A stretch of DNA of 64,000 bases from contig NC_087437.1 of assembly GCF_036321535.1 (NCBI RefSeq), positions 36,396,001 to 36,460,000 on the forward strand. Direction: 5' to 3'. Below are positions 40,415-52,740 of this stretch, piece by piece. The position numbers and the translations under genes are program-made. The DNA comes from Camelus dromedarius. Lineage: Eukaryota. Below the pieces are notes generated by a model. That model was not told where the DNA came from. It made no database searches and saw only the letters and a list, made by a program, of their open reading frames with translations. Within the stretch, counting starts at the first letter, position 1. Each line of letters starts with the position of its first letter.

Positions 40415-42639
40415 GACAAGACAAGGCTGCCCACCATCACCACTCCTCTTCAACGTAGTCTTGGAAGTCCTAGCCACAGCAGTCAGGCAAGAGAGAGAAA
40501 TAAAAGGGATCCAAATTGGAAAAGAAGAGGTAAAAGTGTCACTATATGCAGATGACATGATACTATATATAGAAAACTCTAAAAGCTCCACACAAAAACT
40601 GCTAGAAATAATCGAAGAATTCAGCAAGGTAGCAGGTTACAAGATTAATGTTCAAAAATCATTCTTTACACTAATGATAAATCAACAGAAAAAAAAAGTA
40701 AAGAAACAATCCCCTTTAAAATAGCACCCAAAGTAATAAAATACCTAGGAGTAAATCTAAGTAAGGAGGTGAAAGACTTATACATGGAAAACTATAAAAC
40801 ACTGATTAAAGAAATTAAAGAAGACTTAAAAAAAGGGAAAGATAGCCAATGCTCCTGGATTGGAAGAATCAATGTTGTTTAAATGGTCACACTGCCCAAG
40901 GCAATCTACAGATTTAATGCAATCCCTATCAAATCACCCAGGACCTATTTCACAGAACTAGAACAAATCATAATAAAATTTATATGGAACCACAAAAGAC
41001 CTAGAATTGCCAAAGCATTACTGAAGAAAAAGAAAGAGGCTGGAGGAATAACTCTTCCAGACTTCAGACAATACTACAGAGCTACAGTAATCAAGGCAGC
41101 ATGGTAGTGGTATCAAAACAGACATATAGACCAATGGAACAGAATAGAGAGCCCAGAAATGAACCCACAAACTTTTGGTCAACTCATCTTTGACAAAGGG
41201 GTCAAGAATATATAATGGAATAAAGACAGTCTCTTCAGCAAATGGTGTTGGGAAAACTGGACAGCAGCATGTAAAGCAATGAAGCTAGAACACTCCCTTA
41301 CACCATACACAAAAGTCAACTCAAAATGGATCAAAGACTTAAACATAAGACAAGATACAGTAAACCTCCTAGAGGAAAATAAAGGCAAAACATTATCTGA
41401 CATACATCTCAAAAATGCTCTCCTAGGGCAGTCTACCCAAGAAATAGAAATATAAGCAAGAATAAACAAATGGGACCTAATTAAACTTACAAGCTTCTGC
41501 ACAGCAAAGGAAACCATAAGTAAAACAAAACAACAACCTACAGAATGGGAGAAAATTTTTGCAAATGAAACTGACAAAGGCTTGATCTCCAGAATATATA
41601 AGCAGCTCATATGACTTAATAAGAAAAAAACAAACAACCCAATCCAAAAATGGGCAGAAGACCTAAACATGCAATTCTCCAAGGAAGACATACAAATGAT
41701 CAATAGGCACATGAAAAAATGCTCAATATCACTAATTATCAGAGAAATGCAAATCAAAACTACAATGAGGTATCACCTCACATCAGTCAGAATGGCCATC
41801 ATTCAAATGTCCACAAATGACAAATGCTGGAGAGGCTGTGGAGAAAGGGGAACCCTCCTACACTGCTGGTGGGAATGCAGTTTGGTGCAGCCACTGTGGA
41901 AAACAGTATGGAGATTCGTCAAAAGACTAGGAATAGACTTACCATATGACCCAGGAATCCCGCTCCTGGGCATATATCCAGAAGAAACCCTACTTCAGAA
42001 TGACACCTGCACCCCAGTGCTCATAGCAGCACTATTTACAATAGCCAAGACATGGAAGCAGCCTAAATGTCCATCAACAGATGATTGGATAAAGCAGAAG
42101 TGGTATATTTATACAATGGAATACTATTCAGCCATAAAAACCGACAACATAATGCCACTTGCAGCAACATGGATGTTCCTGGAGAATGTCTTTCTAAGTG
42201 AAGTAAGCCAGAAAGAGAAAGAAAAATACCATATGAGATTGCTCATATGTGGAATCTAAAAAACAAACAAACAAACAAAACATAAATACAAAACAGAAAC
42301 AGACTCATAGACATGGAATACAAACTTGTGGTTGCCAAGGGGGTGGGGAGTGGGAAGGGACAGACTGGGATTTCAAAATTGCAGAATAGATAAACAAGAT
42401 TATACTGTATAGCAGAAGGAAATATATACAACATCTTATTGTAGCTCACAGAGAAAAAAATATGACAATGAATATATATATGTTCATGTATAACTGAAAA
42501 ATTGTGCTCTACACTGGAATTTGACACAACATTGTAAAATGATTATAAATCAATAAAAATGTAAATAAATAAATAAATAAATAAAAATAAAGACGAACAA
42601 ACCATTCCCATTAAAAAAAAAAAAAAAGAAAAAGAAAAG
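40415..42639 (+). mobile_element. Young 5'-truncated L1 (copy B): ORF2 RT to C-terminus, 3'UTR, compound tail; inactivated
   Basis: [20 protein letters not shown], catalytic YADD ([13 protein letters not shown]), [32 protein letters not shown]; split into ORFs 40353-40724, 40883-41107 and 41669-42259. Confidence 0.97.
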
Positions 42640-43706
42640 CAAGCAGCCTAATGACTAATGGGAGTTCCAAATTGGGGTAAGAAAGCAGTTTGGAATTATG
42701 CAACCATTCTCCCCGCAGATGATGAAACATCAGTTGAAGAAGTCAAGAGCAAGAAGATAGAAAAGGCAGAATTAAGGCATTATATGTGATAATGAACTAA
42801 GAACTGGATACTCTCTGGGCATACATGATCCCTTGGGTCCTGCTGACTCTTGAGACCATTGTTCTGTGTTCAGCTGTATGTGCCAATCATGGTACCCGGT
42901 AGATCTGCTCCACAAGGACTGTAGATCAGCCACAGCGGCTGTAGGTCAGATTAAAAAAGGCTCGTATCCTCACTGTACTTTAGAAGAAGGTCTTTGCTTG
43001 ATGGAATCATTGAAAGTAACTTAATGCTCTTGGATTTTAATGCATCAAGAAAATTCTTGCTAAAGTTATTACAGTAATTTGCCAACCCCTGCCCTAGACG
43101 ACTGGATTCTAGCAATAGCCTTGTATAGTTAATGCAATTGTAAAATTCCATATGGAAATTTCAAGAAAGAATTAAAGTGGATCATATAGCCAATAACTAG
43201 TTACTAGTTCAGAAAATGGTTAAAATGCTAAGACTGATGCCTTGTTTAGGTGATGGGGGTACCTACTTGAAAAAAGCAGGCAACAAATACATTTAAGGTA
43301 TACAGGAAAAGGTTACATACCTCTGTCTTTTGCCAAAGCTGCTAATGTAATGAATGTCTGTATGAAATATCAACAGGATAGATAGATTTCAGTACGATTC
43401 TCTGAGAACAATTTCCTCCACTTAGCTGAGAGTTATATTACACAGCACCCTAACCAAGAAATCCAAGTGGCTTGAAATAGATCCTGACTGTAATAGATAC
43501 GCAATCCATTTTGTATTCTGCTTACTTTTTAGCTGAATCGACAGCATAGAATCCTATTAAGAGTGTGGAAAAATATTTTGTACCAATTTGTTCTCCCCAG
43601 CTATATCCCCCTGTATATTATAAGAACTAGGAATACAGTTTCCTCTGCCAAAATTCTAAACTGTTCCTAAAGCATTATATCATATGGATGTTAAAAAAAA
43701 AAAAAA
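42640..43706 (+). other. Candidate L1 3'-transduced unique DNA ending in A14
   Basis: No repeat recognised; lies between L1 tail and A-tract 43693-43706, followed by an imperfect target-site copy and resumption of the host element. Confidence 0.65.
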
Positions 43707-43717
43707 GGTGGGGGAGA

Positions 43718-44250
43718 GGAATGGAAGATCTGCTTCCCCTGGGTCCTGCCAACCCTGCCCAGCCAGAGAATCAGGGTGCACCACCTGAATCCATGGGATG
43801 GGGGACTAGGAGTGAGATGGAAGACAAGCAACTTACATGGACTCATTTGAAACCACAAGGTCAGGGAAATACTTCTACTGATGTTTGGCTGGACTGGGAT
43901 AGAGTATTGCCATGAAGATTCTATGTTCTGTTAGGACATTCACTTCCAGATTCTTTAACTAGGGAAGCTGGCTTTGCTGGGAAGTTTTTCATCTGCTTGT
44001 TGGCAGTTCCAGGTTAGAAGCCTCTGTAGAGTTCTGTTTGGTATATATGGGAGGCAATAAAAAAAAAAAAAAAATCCAGAAAACCAAAATCATGTCATTC
44101 CTCAAGTCCACAGGTCCCTAGGTAGCCCATCTTCTTCTTTCCACCTTTCAGATATTTTAAGGCTTGTTTGTTTTATTACGTCTTAAGGATTTTAGCTGTG
44201 AGAGAGAACTTAAAGAATAGGGATATATCACCTTGGTGGCAACTCGAAGA
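43718..44250 (-). mobile_element. Old L1MC/L1MD-type 5' region, right half including 5' terminus
   Basis: gtcattcctcaagtccacaggtccctag...cttcttctttccacctttcaga...ggattttagctgt...aatagggatatatcaccttgg. Confidence 0.7.
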
Positions 44251-45489
44251 CCATAACCAAAGATTTTAATTTAGGTGATTATACCTGATTTTAGTTGCTG
44301 ACCACAATGAGACATGCCAATCACCATCAAAAGTTGTTTCATTAATGACTCCCTAATTTTGAAATGGGTATTTCACATGGGCTATGCGCTTGGATTCAAG
44401 CTCTACACATTCACTAACAGCTTATCTATAGAATTCTGTAAACTTTCAGTAAATTTGAGCACTCTTTGTAATTTGTTTCTTTGACTCTTATTGCATTAAA
44501 AAAGCCAGTAAGTCTAAATATCTCCATGTAATTTTTGACGCATATCTAAAGACTACTGAACTACTGAACTAATGACTAATGAAGATTAGATTACAATCTA
44601 ATTAAATTCTAGATTTCCCACATGTCTTTGTCTGATTTGCTCTTATGATTTTTAATGTGATTCACCTGATGTTTGAAAAGAACAAAAAGGTTTTAGCCTG
44701 CAATTGAGAGACAAGTTGATTAAATTGAGAATAGATGAGAGACACTAAAGTAGGAACTGATAATCCTTTAATATTTCATTTTGAGAGTAAACTTTCATTT
44801 TAATTAAGCTTTTTGCTCCCCTATCAATGCTAATTCCCAGATATTTAGGGAATAGTAAGCTAAGTAAGGGGGAATTTTCTGTATTCCTAAACCATAGGAC
44901 AATATTGTAATGCCAGTTATAATTTTAGTTGGAAATGATGATTTACTTATTATTATAGATGAAACATTAAAATTTAATGTTAAAATTAAAATTTTAAATA
45001 TTATTAAAAATGAATAGAGTAAATTTGATGTGAATCTCATAACTTTCTAGAGACTAGTATGGAGAAACTTACTAAATTGAATTATACAGTTTGACTCAAT
45101 CTTGGAATTTATCCTAAGTAAAAAGAAAAAATTGAACTTAACTAGGGTTTTGAGCTGTTTTATGAATCTATTGTAAACAATTGAATAATTGTCCAATACA
45201 ATTTGTAGAAGTCCTTTTGCAGCATTCCTGTTATATTGATAGAAACAACAAAATTTAAAAGTTCTTTAAAATGAAATAGATCATTTAATACCTAAGAGCC
45301 TAAAAAGATGAATATAATTTTTAAAAAAGCGGTTTTTTTACTTTTTGAAATGTGCATTTTACTTATTGGAATGCACATATTGTGATCAAAGTTTAATAGT
45401 GCAAAAATATATGTGAATAATATATCTTTATAGGATAATATAAAAATATCAACAAATTTCAATGTAAGTTTTAGCATGGAGGTTTTCAG

Positions 45490-46372
45490 ATTTAGTTTTC
45501 TCAGTATTTATATTTTTACATTTTTCTTCAGTAAATATTACATTTTTTCTCTTTCTCTAGATCAATAGAAATATACAGTTTACTAATTTTATTTTCAATA
45601 TTATCAGCATAGAATTTGTGCAGTTTATTTAGAATTTTTAAATTTTAATAGCTAACTTTTATATTTTAAGTATTTTGACCAAATCTTCATAATCATTTTA
45701 TATTAATATTTCTACTTTGTCTCATAATTTATGATGTCTTTAAGCATCCTAATCGTACATATTATATAGTTTTCAGGAGATTATTCAATCGAATCATTGT
45801 TACCAAGAGGCAGTTTTTGAAATTTTGTTGCTTATACATCTTGACTTATAAATTCTTAATATGTTTTGAGGCTTCAGTTTAAAGTCTCATTTTGCAGGAG
45901 AGACTTTGTCTCTCTCTATCTCTTCTCTCTTTCTCCTTTCTGTGATGACAGTCAGAAGGTGTTGCTTTGTGCCCACATGGTGAAGCTTGGGATGTTTATA
46001 AATGCAATCACAGAAACAATTGACTGGTGGACTTGGTGCCTGATTATGAAAGGTTAGGCCTGACCCTCCATCTCTGAAATGTTCTGTTTTCCAGTGACTG
46101 TAGGGATTTCAGAGTTTGTCAGGAATTTTTCAGAAATATATTTTTTGCCAAGAGAAGGAGACAGCAGAAGAGAGTACAAAGGGATATCCCAAACCCCCAT
46201 AACCCTTTGAGTGGAGGCCAACCCCTGGACTGAAATCTCAGTTAATCCATGCAGAACTCTACAGAGAGTCTGTCTCTGCTACAAGCTCCAGTTCTGGAAA
46301 GTGGCAGGTATGGGTCTATAGCCTAGTTCACTTTCTGGTTAAAAAAAAAAAAAAAAAAGAAAAAGAAAAAAT

Positions 46373-46403
<31 letters not shown>

Positions 46404-46480
46404 TTATTTGAACACAGTTATAATACATTCATAGTGCTTTCTTTATAGATTTTATTCCTTATGTGTGGTAAAGAAGAATC
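45490..46480 (-). mobile_element. Possible HAL1/L1ME 5' remnant containing an A-tract and (ATTT)n at 46341-46405
   Basis: T-rich decayed block; the simple repeat is seen directly, the element call is weak. Confidence 0.35.
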
Positions 46481-49424
46481 ATTTATTAAAGCATAAACTC
46501 ACTGAACCATCTTAACCTGGAAATATATTTCTTTTTTGATAAGAAACCAATATGTGTATTTTAAGATCTTTTAAAAATTTATTACATTTTTATGTATTCT
46601 TAGATATACTTCATTTTATGAAGCAAGGAATTCATTATTTACTTACTTTACTTAGGTTGTACAAGAAGTAATTATGTAAATGGATGACATATCTGATAAT
46701 AATTACTTTCAATATATATTTGAAAATTGTCATTTTAACAACTTTATATTAGATTACTTGCTAAATCAAAGGATTACAAAATATTACTACTAGAAAAAGA
46801 ATATACTTTGGCAGTGCTGTGTATAATCTAAAATGTATAGTCTTGTTATAGAATTTTATTCAGTCGAAGTATATACAACGGTTATATGAAATAAATTTTA
46901 TCTAAGATTTTTTTTATTGACAGTTAAGTTCTGTTTACATTAGGAATCCCGTCAGTTGTAAATATCATGGAAACAAACTAATATTAAATTTAAATGCATT
47001 CATAGTTTTTAAGAAGGTCAGATTTACAGAGACCAGAACTGAATGAAATAATAGAGAATTTAGCTGAAATATGATGATGATGGTTACCTTTGCTCTACTC
47101 ACCTTAACATGTTGATTTTTCATTTTCATGGTTTTACCCACTTGTACATAAGGTGACTATTCCATCTTCTAATGTCTAAGTCAAGGTCGAGGATGGCAGA
47201 AATGGGAGAAAATAACTCTCCAGTTTTTTTTTATTGTTTGTCCATTTATTAAGGCCCAAAAGTTAAATTTTATTTTAGAAGCCCACTGATTCTTATTCAC
47301 CAGAATTTAGTCAAAGGTATATACTTGGCTAAAGAAGGCTGAGGTGACAAATGGCTGACATTTAAAGCTTCTTTTAGAGGTGGCTGATAAAGGAAAAGTA
47401 GATTGGGATTATTTTATTTTTGGTCAACCCAGAATTTATGCTTTAATTCCCACATCTGGTTATATGAATCTACCTTTGAGGTAAATGTAAAATAATTATA
47501 AACATTTACAAGAAATAAATATAACTTCATATTTCCCTCTGCCCTATGGCACCTGAAATTGTACAGTATTTCATCAAAGACAACTGTATTGGAACTCAGA
47601 TAGCCCAGGACTATTGTCAGTTTTCCAATTTAATATCTGGTTGTTACTATAAACTCAAGAGTGTTAAAAAACTGGGAATCAGTATCTTTTGGGCTTTCTT
47701 CTCACTTCCCTTTTCACTCACATACACAAATTTCATATCTACAGGTAACTCCCTCAGTCAGTGGCATCACAAATGTCCAGTTTCTTATACCAAAAATGGG
47801 AGAGATTTCATAAATGAGAAACTCTTACATCTAAGCAGGGTGTGCAACTGGGATGTGGAAGCACCAGTACTAAACTGGCAGAACAAGAGCTAGAGTGACG
47901 GATAAAGGTGGTGTCACTAAAAGTGAGCTATGGCATCATTTTTAAAGAACACTCACATGCCATGTTAAAAAAAAAATCACTTTTCTATAACCTCTGTAAT
48001 AGCAGAGGTTACTTACCTCTGAAAGAGAACTATAAATAGCTTCATCAGCAGCAAGAACTTCGTTGCACTAAAGTGATGAATGTAAGCCACAATGAAGGTG
48101 GGCAGTAAGAAGGCATCTTTAGGACTCTTTTCTAATATCAGTGATGTTCAGTAATATCTTGGAAACTAACATCTGCTTATCCAGGCACTGCTTTAGGCTT
48201 TGGAGAGCTAAACAACTCTGATAAATATTTCTTAGCCTAAAGTAAAGATGTTTGCAATTTGTTTTGACAAGAAAAAAGGTGTACTTTTTAAAGGACAATA
48301 TTTATGGAGGAAATAGGCTTCAGAAATTGTATGATGCCAGGAGAAACTCAAGATATTTTAGAAAGTTGATTTTTAGTCTGTTGTTTATTGGGCATGACAC
48401 TGTGACAACTTATATAATATTGGATTTTCCAGAAAACTTGGGTAGCAAGTTTTGTACCACAGGTAGCAGGATCTGAGAACTATCAGTGATACTAGTCATG
48501 AAGCTACACAGAGGAGCTATTGTTAAATCTTTCAGACACATCTGAATCTACTAATTCATATGAACATTACCTTATTTTTAAGTTTCATATTTGGAGAAAC
48601 TAGATAGACCATTGACTGAACTATTAGATAATAGATCAATAAATTTCACATGAGTATGATCTTTGGAAAAGTTCCACAGTATGCACAATGGATGATATGA
48701 ATCACTTTTAACCAGATTTCTGTTACTATCAAATATAACCTTATTGTGAGAATTACATTTCTCTCCAATAGAAATGGTCCCTCCAAATAATTATATTATT
48801 ACAGATTTATGGATAGCTTGACAGGGTGATGCCTTTTTTATTTAGGAATTATACACACTTTTTTTTCAATATTTAACTATGGTTTTTTGATTTTAACATA
48901 TTTTGGGAATTGAAAAGAATACAGTTTCCAAGGAGACTTCGTTGAAAAGATATTTGATGAAATAAAGAGACTTAAAAAACCTGAAATAGGTCATCAGTGA
49001 CCAATTTATTGTACCTGAAAAAAATTATACTCAATCACCTGAATACAGTTGTGGAGAAAGTTGGAGCTGAGGATATGCTGCATGCTTGTAGATTATAACA
49101 GATACAAAATTACATTACTTTTTACTTCACTAAGATACTGTATGGCTTAAAAATCTGCTAGAGTATGTCATATTTTACAGAGCTAATTATCGATCCTATT
49201 CTAAATTGTCATATAAGATAACTTTTATACATTCGGAGTTATATGATGAACAGTAGCAAATGAAATGAGTTAAAATAGCATGAATAAAGTGTACCTTTTC
49301 TTAAAATGTATAGATTCTTAACATTTTAATTATAAATTCTTAACACCATGAATCTCAGACATAAAGTAGAATCCATGTGTAGGAAAATATACCTTAAGTT
49401 GGATTCTAGAAGCATGAACACATC

Positions 49425-49905
49425 TTTTTTGTCAGCTGTAGTGAGGTAATTAACAAATCAAATTGTAATATATTTAACACGTACAGCCTGATGATTTGAG
49501 ATGCAGACACATTGTGAAAGTATTCCCCCATTGAGTTAATTAAAATATCTACTATCACCTTACATTTTTACCTTTGTGTGTGTGAGAGAATAAATTCTAC
49601 TCTCAATAAATTTCAACTATGTAATACAGTACTATCAACTAAAGTCACCATGTTATAATTAGACATGCAGACCTTATTCATTTCATAGCTGAAATTTTAT
49701 ACCTTTTAACCAGCCTCTTCTTATTTCCCCAGACCCCAGGTCCTGGCAACCACCATTCTACTTTCTGTTTCTGTGAGTCTATGACTCTTTGTGTGTGTGA
49801 GATTCCACATATATATGATACCACAAAATGTTAGACTTCCTCTGTTTGGTTTATGTCATTTAGCCTAATGCTGTCCAGGTTCACCCATGTCATAAATGGC
49901 AGGTT
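49425..49905 (-). mobile_element. L1MA8/9-like 3' end
   Basis: gaggtaattaacaaatcaaattgt...cctggcaaccaccattctactttctgtttctgtgagt...gattccacatat. Confidence 0.85.
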
Positions 49906-49919
49906 CTTACTAAAATTAA

Positions 49920-50165
49920 AGTTCCTTCTTGATTGTATGGCACTGTGCCAGGAATGGCGTTGTTGGTGAGAGTTGCTCAGCCTTTCCTATCCATTTCAGT
50001 GAGAGTATTTTCTCAGTTCACTGATGTATAGGAATCACTCATCTAGCTTCTGAATTTTCTTCATGGGAAATCTCTCCATGTATAGTGGTACATTCAGTGT
50101 ATCTGAGGGTTGAGGAACACTCAGAAGCCTAATATATCACCATTCTGGCCTGGAGTTGGAGTCAA
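49920..50165 (-). mobile_element. L1M (L1MA/L1M3-like) 5'-terminal region
   Basis: tctctccatgtatagtggtacattcagtgtatctgagggttgagg...agaagcctaatatatcaccattctgg. Confidence 0.6.
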
Positions 50166-50727
50166 ACCTTCCTTTCTGAACTTAGCTTTCTATAAATTTT
50201 ATTATAAATTAAAAGGAATGGATCAAAAGTTTTGATTTAGTTGAAACCTTGAATTTCCTTGAGATTTTCAAGTTTTATATTTGAGAATATGACAGCATTG
50301 TAATATAAGGGTAAAATTACTACAATTAACAAGATAGGCAGACTTTGTCTGCTATCATAGATTTCAAAAGGGAGATAAAAGAAGGTTAATAGTAACTTTG
50401 AAAAGCATTGATTAATGCAGCATGGAGGTTTGTATAGCTCTTAAGCTAGCTGAGCTGAATTGAACAGTGAAAAGAGTTAACATTTTTTTTCCTCTTTACC
50501 AGTACCAGAGGAGTAGTACACTTTAAAATAAAACCTGAATTTGTGTAAGTCAAGGTTTGGGCAGAAGTTTTACACATCTATGAAAGTAATATTTACAAAA
50601 CTCTTTCTTCAGGGGAAGTACATCACTTCTGGGCTCCTTTTAAAGTACAAAAAAAGTATAAAAACATCAAATATCAGCATATCTATAATCATCCATTGTT
50701 ATATCTATAAATCATGTATAACTGTAC

Positions 50728-51213
50728 ACAGACACACACATTCTCGACTTACGATTTTTCACTTTATAATGGTGTGAAAATGACACACATTCAGTAAAAT
50801 GTATTTCAGGACTTCACATTTTGAACTTTGATCCCTGGCTAATGATATACGGTATGGTACTCTCTCATGATGCTGGGCAGGAACACCTAGCCACAGCTCC
50901 CAGTCAGCCACACAGTCACAAGGGTAAGCAAACTATCCACACAGCTCATCAGTACTCATACAACTATTCTAGTTTTCACTTTCAGTATAGTATTCAATAA
51001 ATTACATGAGATAGTCAATACTTCATTATAAAGCAGGCTTTGTGATAGATGATTTCACTAGCAGTAGGCTAATGTAGGTGTTCTGAGCACTTAGGTTAGG
51101 CTAAGCTATGTTTGGTAGGTTAGGTGTATTAAATGCATTTTCAACTTATGATATTTTTAATTTACAATGTGTTTATCAGGATATCACCCCATTTTAAGTT
51201 GAGGAAGTTCTGT
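50728..51213 (-). mobile_element. Tigger5/MER47-family Tc1-mariner deletion derivative
   Basis: TIR-like ctcgacttacg ... taagttgaggaagttctg followed by TA; internal ttaggctaagctatg...ggtaggttaggtgtattaaatgcattttcaactta. Confidence 0.85.
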
Positions 51214-51294
51214 ATGTAAAGTAGTGACTGCAAAACTTATATGCTTTTCCCCTATAAGTTGGTCAAAATAAAAATGGAATGTAATTGATACTTA

Positions 51295-52740
51295 TTATTT
51301 CTTCTGTCACTACCTATTCTACATAGTTACTAATTTAGCAAGATCTTCAGCTCATTAGGGTTTTTGACTTGTTACAGTGATTCAGATCTTTATTTCTGAA
51401 AGTTCTGAGTTCTGGATTTTCCTACCTTTCTTGAGTGTTATTACTCCCCATTAACTTTCACTATTAGGCATGGAATATCAAGAGGTACCCTGGAGAGTCT
51501 CCTGGGTGCCAGACACAGTTCTCTTTGCCTCCATTGTCTAGAAGCAGCCAAATTCCCCCTTTGTAATGGGATCATTTACTCTATCCCTTAGAGTACATCC
51601 TTTTTCTGTTTGTTGGTTAAGTGGCGTAAAGAACTAAAATTGGCCAACTTGCACACTTACCTTTCAATTCAATGGAATCATTGATGTATTCACACACTGG
51701 GGACTTAGACTCCAAAACAGCAGAGCTCAAGTTTGGTGGAACAGAAAACAAAAATTCTGCAAGTGTGTTATTTGGTATAATAGTAAGAGGAGTCACTCCA
51801 ACTTCTACTCCTTGATTCCTAGACCTATGTATTCTGGGTATGTGAAAGAGAGCACCAAATAATGGTTCCACATCAAAACGTAAAGCAACCACAATATATC
51901 ATCATATCCTTTCAGAGTATTGTCTTTCACTTGTCCTGTAATTGAGTCTTCAGTAAACAAGTCCACCTTACACATATAAGTATATAGAAGCTTTACATTT
52001 CTGAGGTCATATGTATTTTTTTATCTGTGTCACCATGGCCAGTATATTCTTGGGCCCGTTGACTTAGCACTGAAATGGCTGGAGAAAAGACTTACTGACA
52101 TCCACAGAGAATGTCATTTTGTCTATTTAATTATTAAGAACCTTCTCTACTGTGGATCCCATTTATTGAGCAATCACATGGGTCACAAACATCTTTACAG
52201 TGTTTGCTCATTCTGAAAGCTCCCCCATGCCAATACCTCTTCCCAAGACTTTATTGTCACTAATCTTCCAATCAGCCAGCCAGACCATAGCAGTTACACA
52301 TAGTCAGTTTAAATCTGTATTTCTGGCAATCTGTCACTTCAAACAATGTAGACACCAAAATGTACTACTAAAAATTTCTGTTCACTGGGAAGGGTTTTTC
52401 ATTCACCACTGTCCTTCTTGATCACCTCTGAATCTGTAGTGCTACATCTGTCATCTTTCAAGTAGTACCAGCATCTCATGCACACCCATCTATAAACCAT
52501 ATTCAAAACTGTCCATCCTTTGTCAACTGGTCATAAAGAGTATCCCAGCAATACATAAGCATGAAGTGAAGGAAAATTGTTGATTCTGAGAGTCTGAACC
52601 ACCAACTCCTGCAACTTACTCTTACCTTACAGACCTACCCATGCTCAATCTCATTTATATCACGTCCATTGGTATAGGTGCTTGAGTCAACATCAAATTC
52701 ATTATGGGCCTCTCAGGCTACATGGTCATCTGATGCCCTG
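51295..52740 (-). mobile_element. ERVL/MaLR internal pol remnant (RNase H-integrase region), decayed
   Basis: ORF 51617-51892 has PRIHRSRNQGVEVGVTPLTIIPNNTLAEFLFSVP, close to ERVL integrase C-terminal ARIHGSRNQGVEVGVAPLTITPSDPLAKFLLPVP as I recall it. No flanking LTR seen. Confidence 0.85.

Noticed and set aside
41179..41757. 192-aa minus-strand ORF, and similar ORFs at 24165-24506, 32835-33293 and 58474-58857
   Set aside because: Antisense frames of L1 ORF2 that recur in many L1 copies; no independent coding evidence.
40353..42259. RT-like ORFs with YADD as a novel reverse-transcriptase system or host gene
   Set aside because: Ordinary L1 ORF2: 5'-truncated, lacks the endonuclease domain, and is broken by stops and frameshifts.
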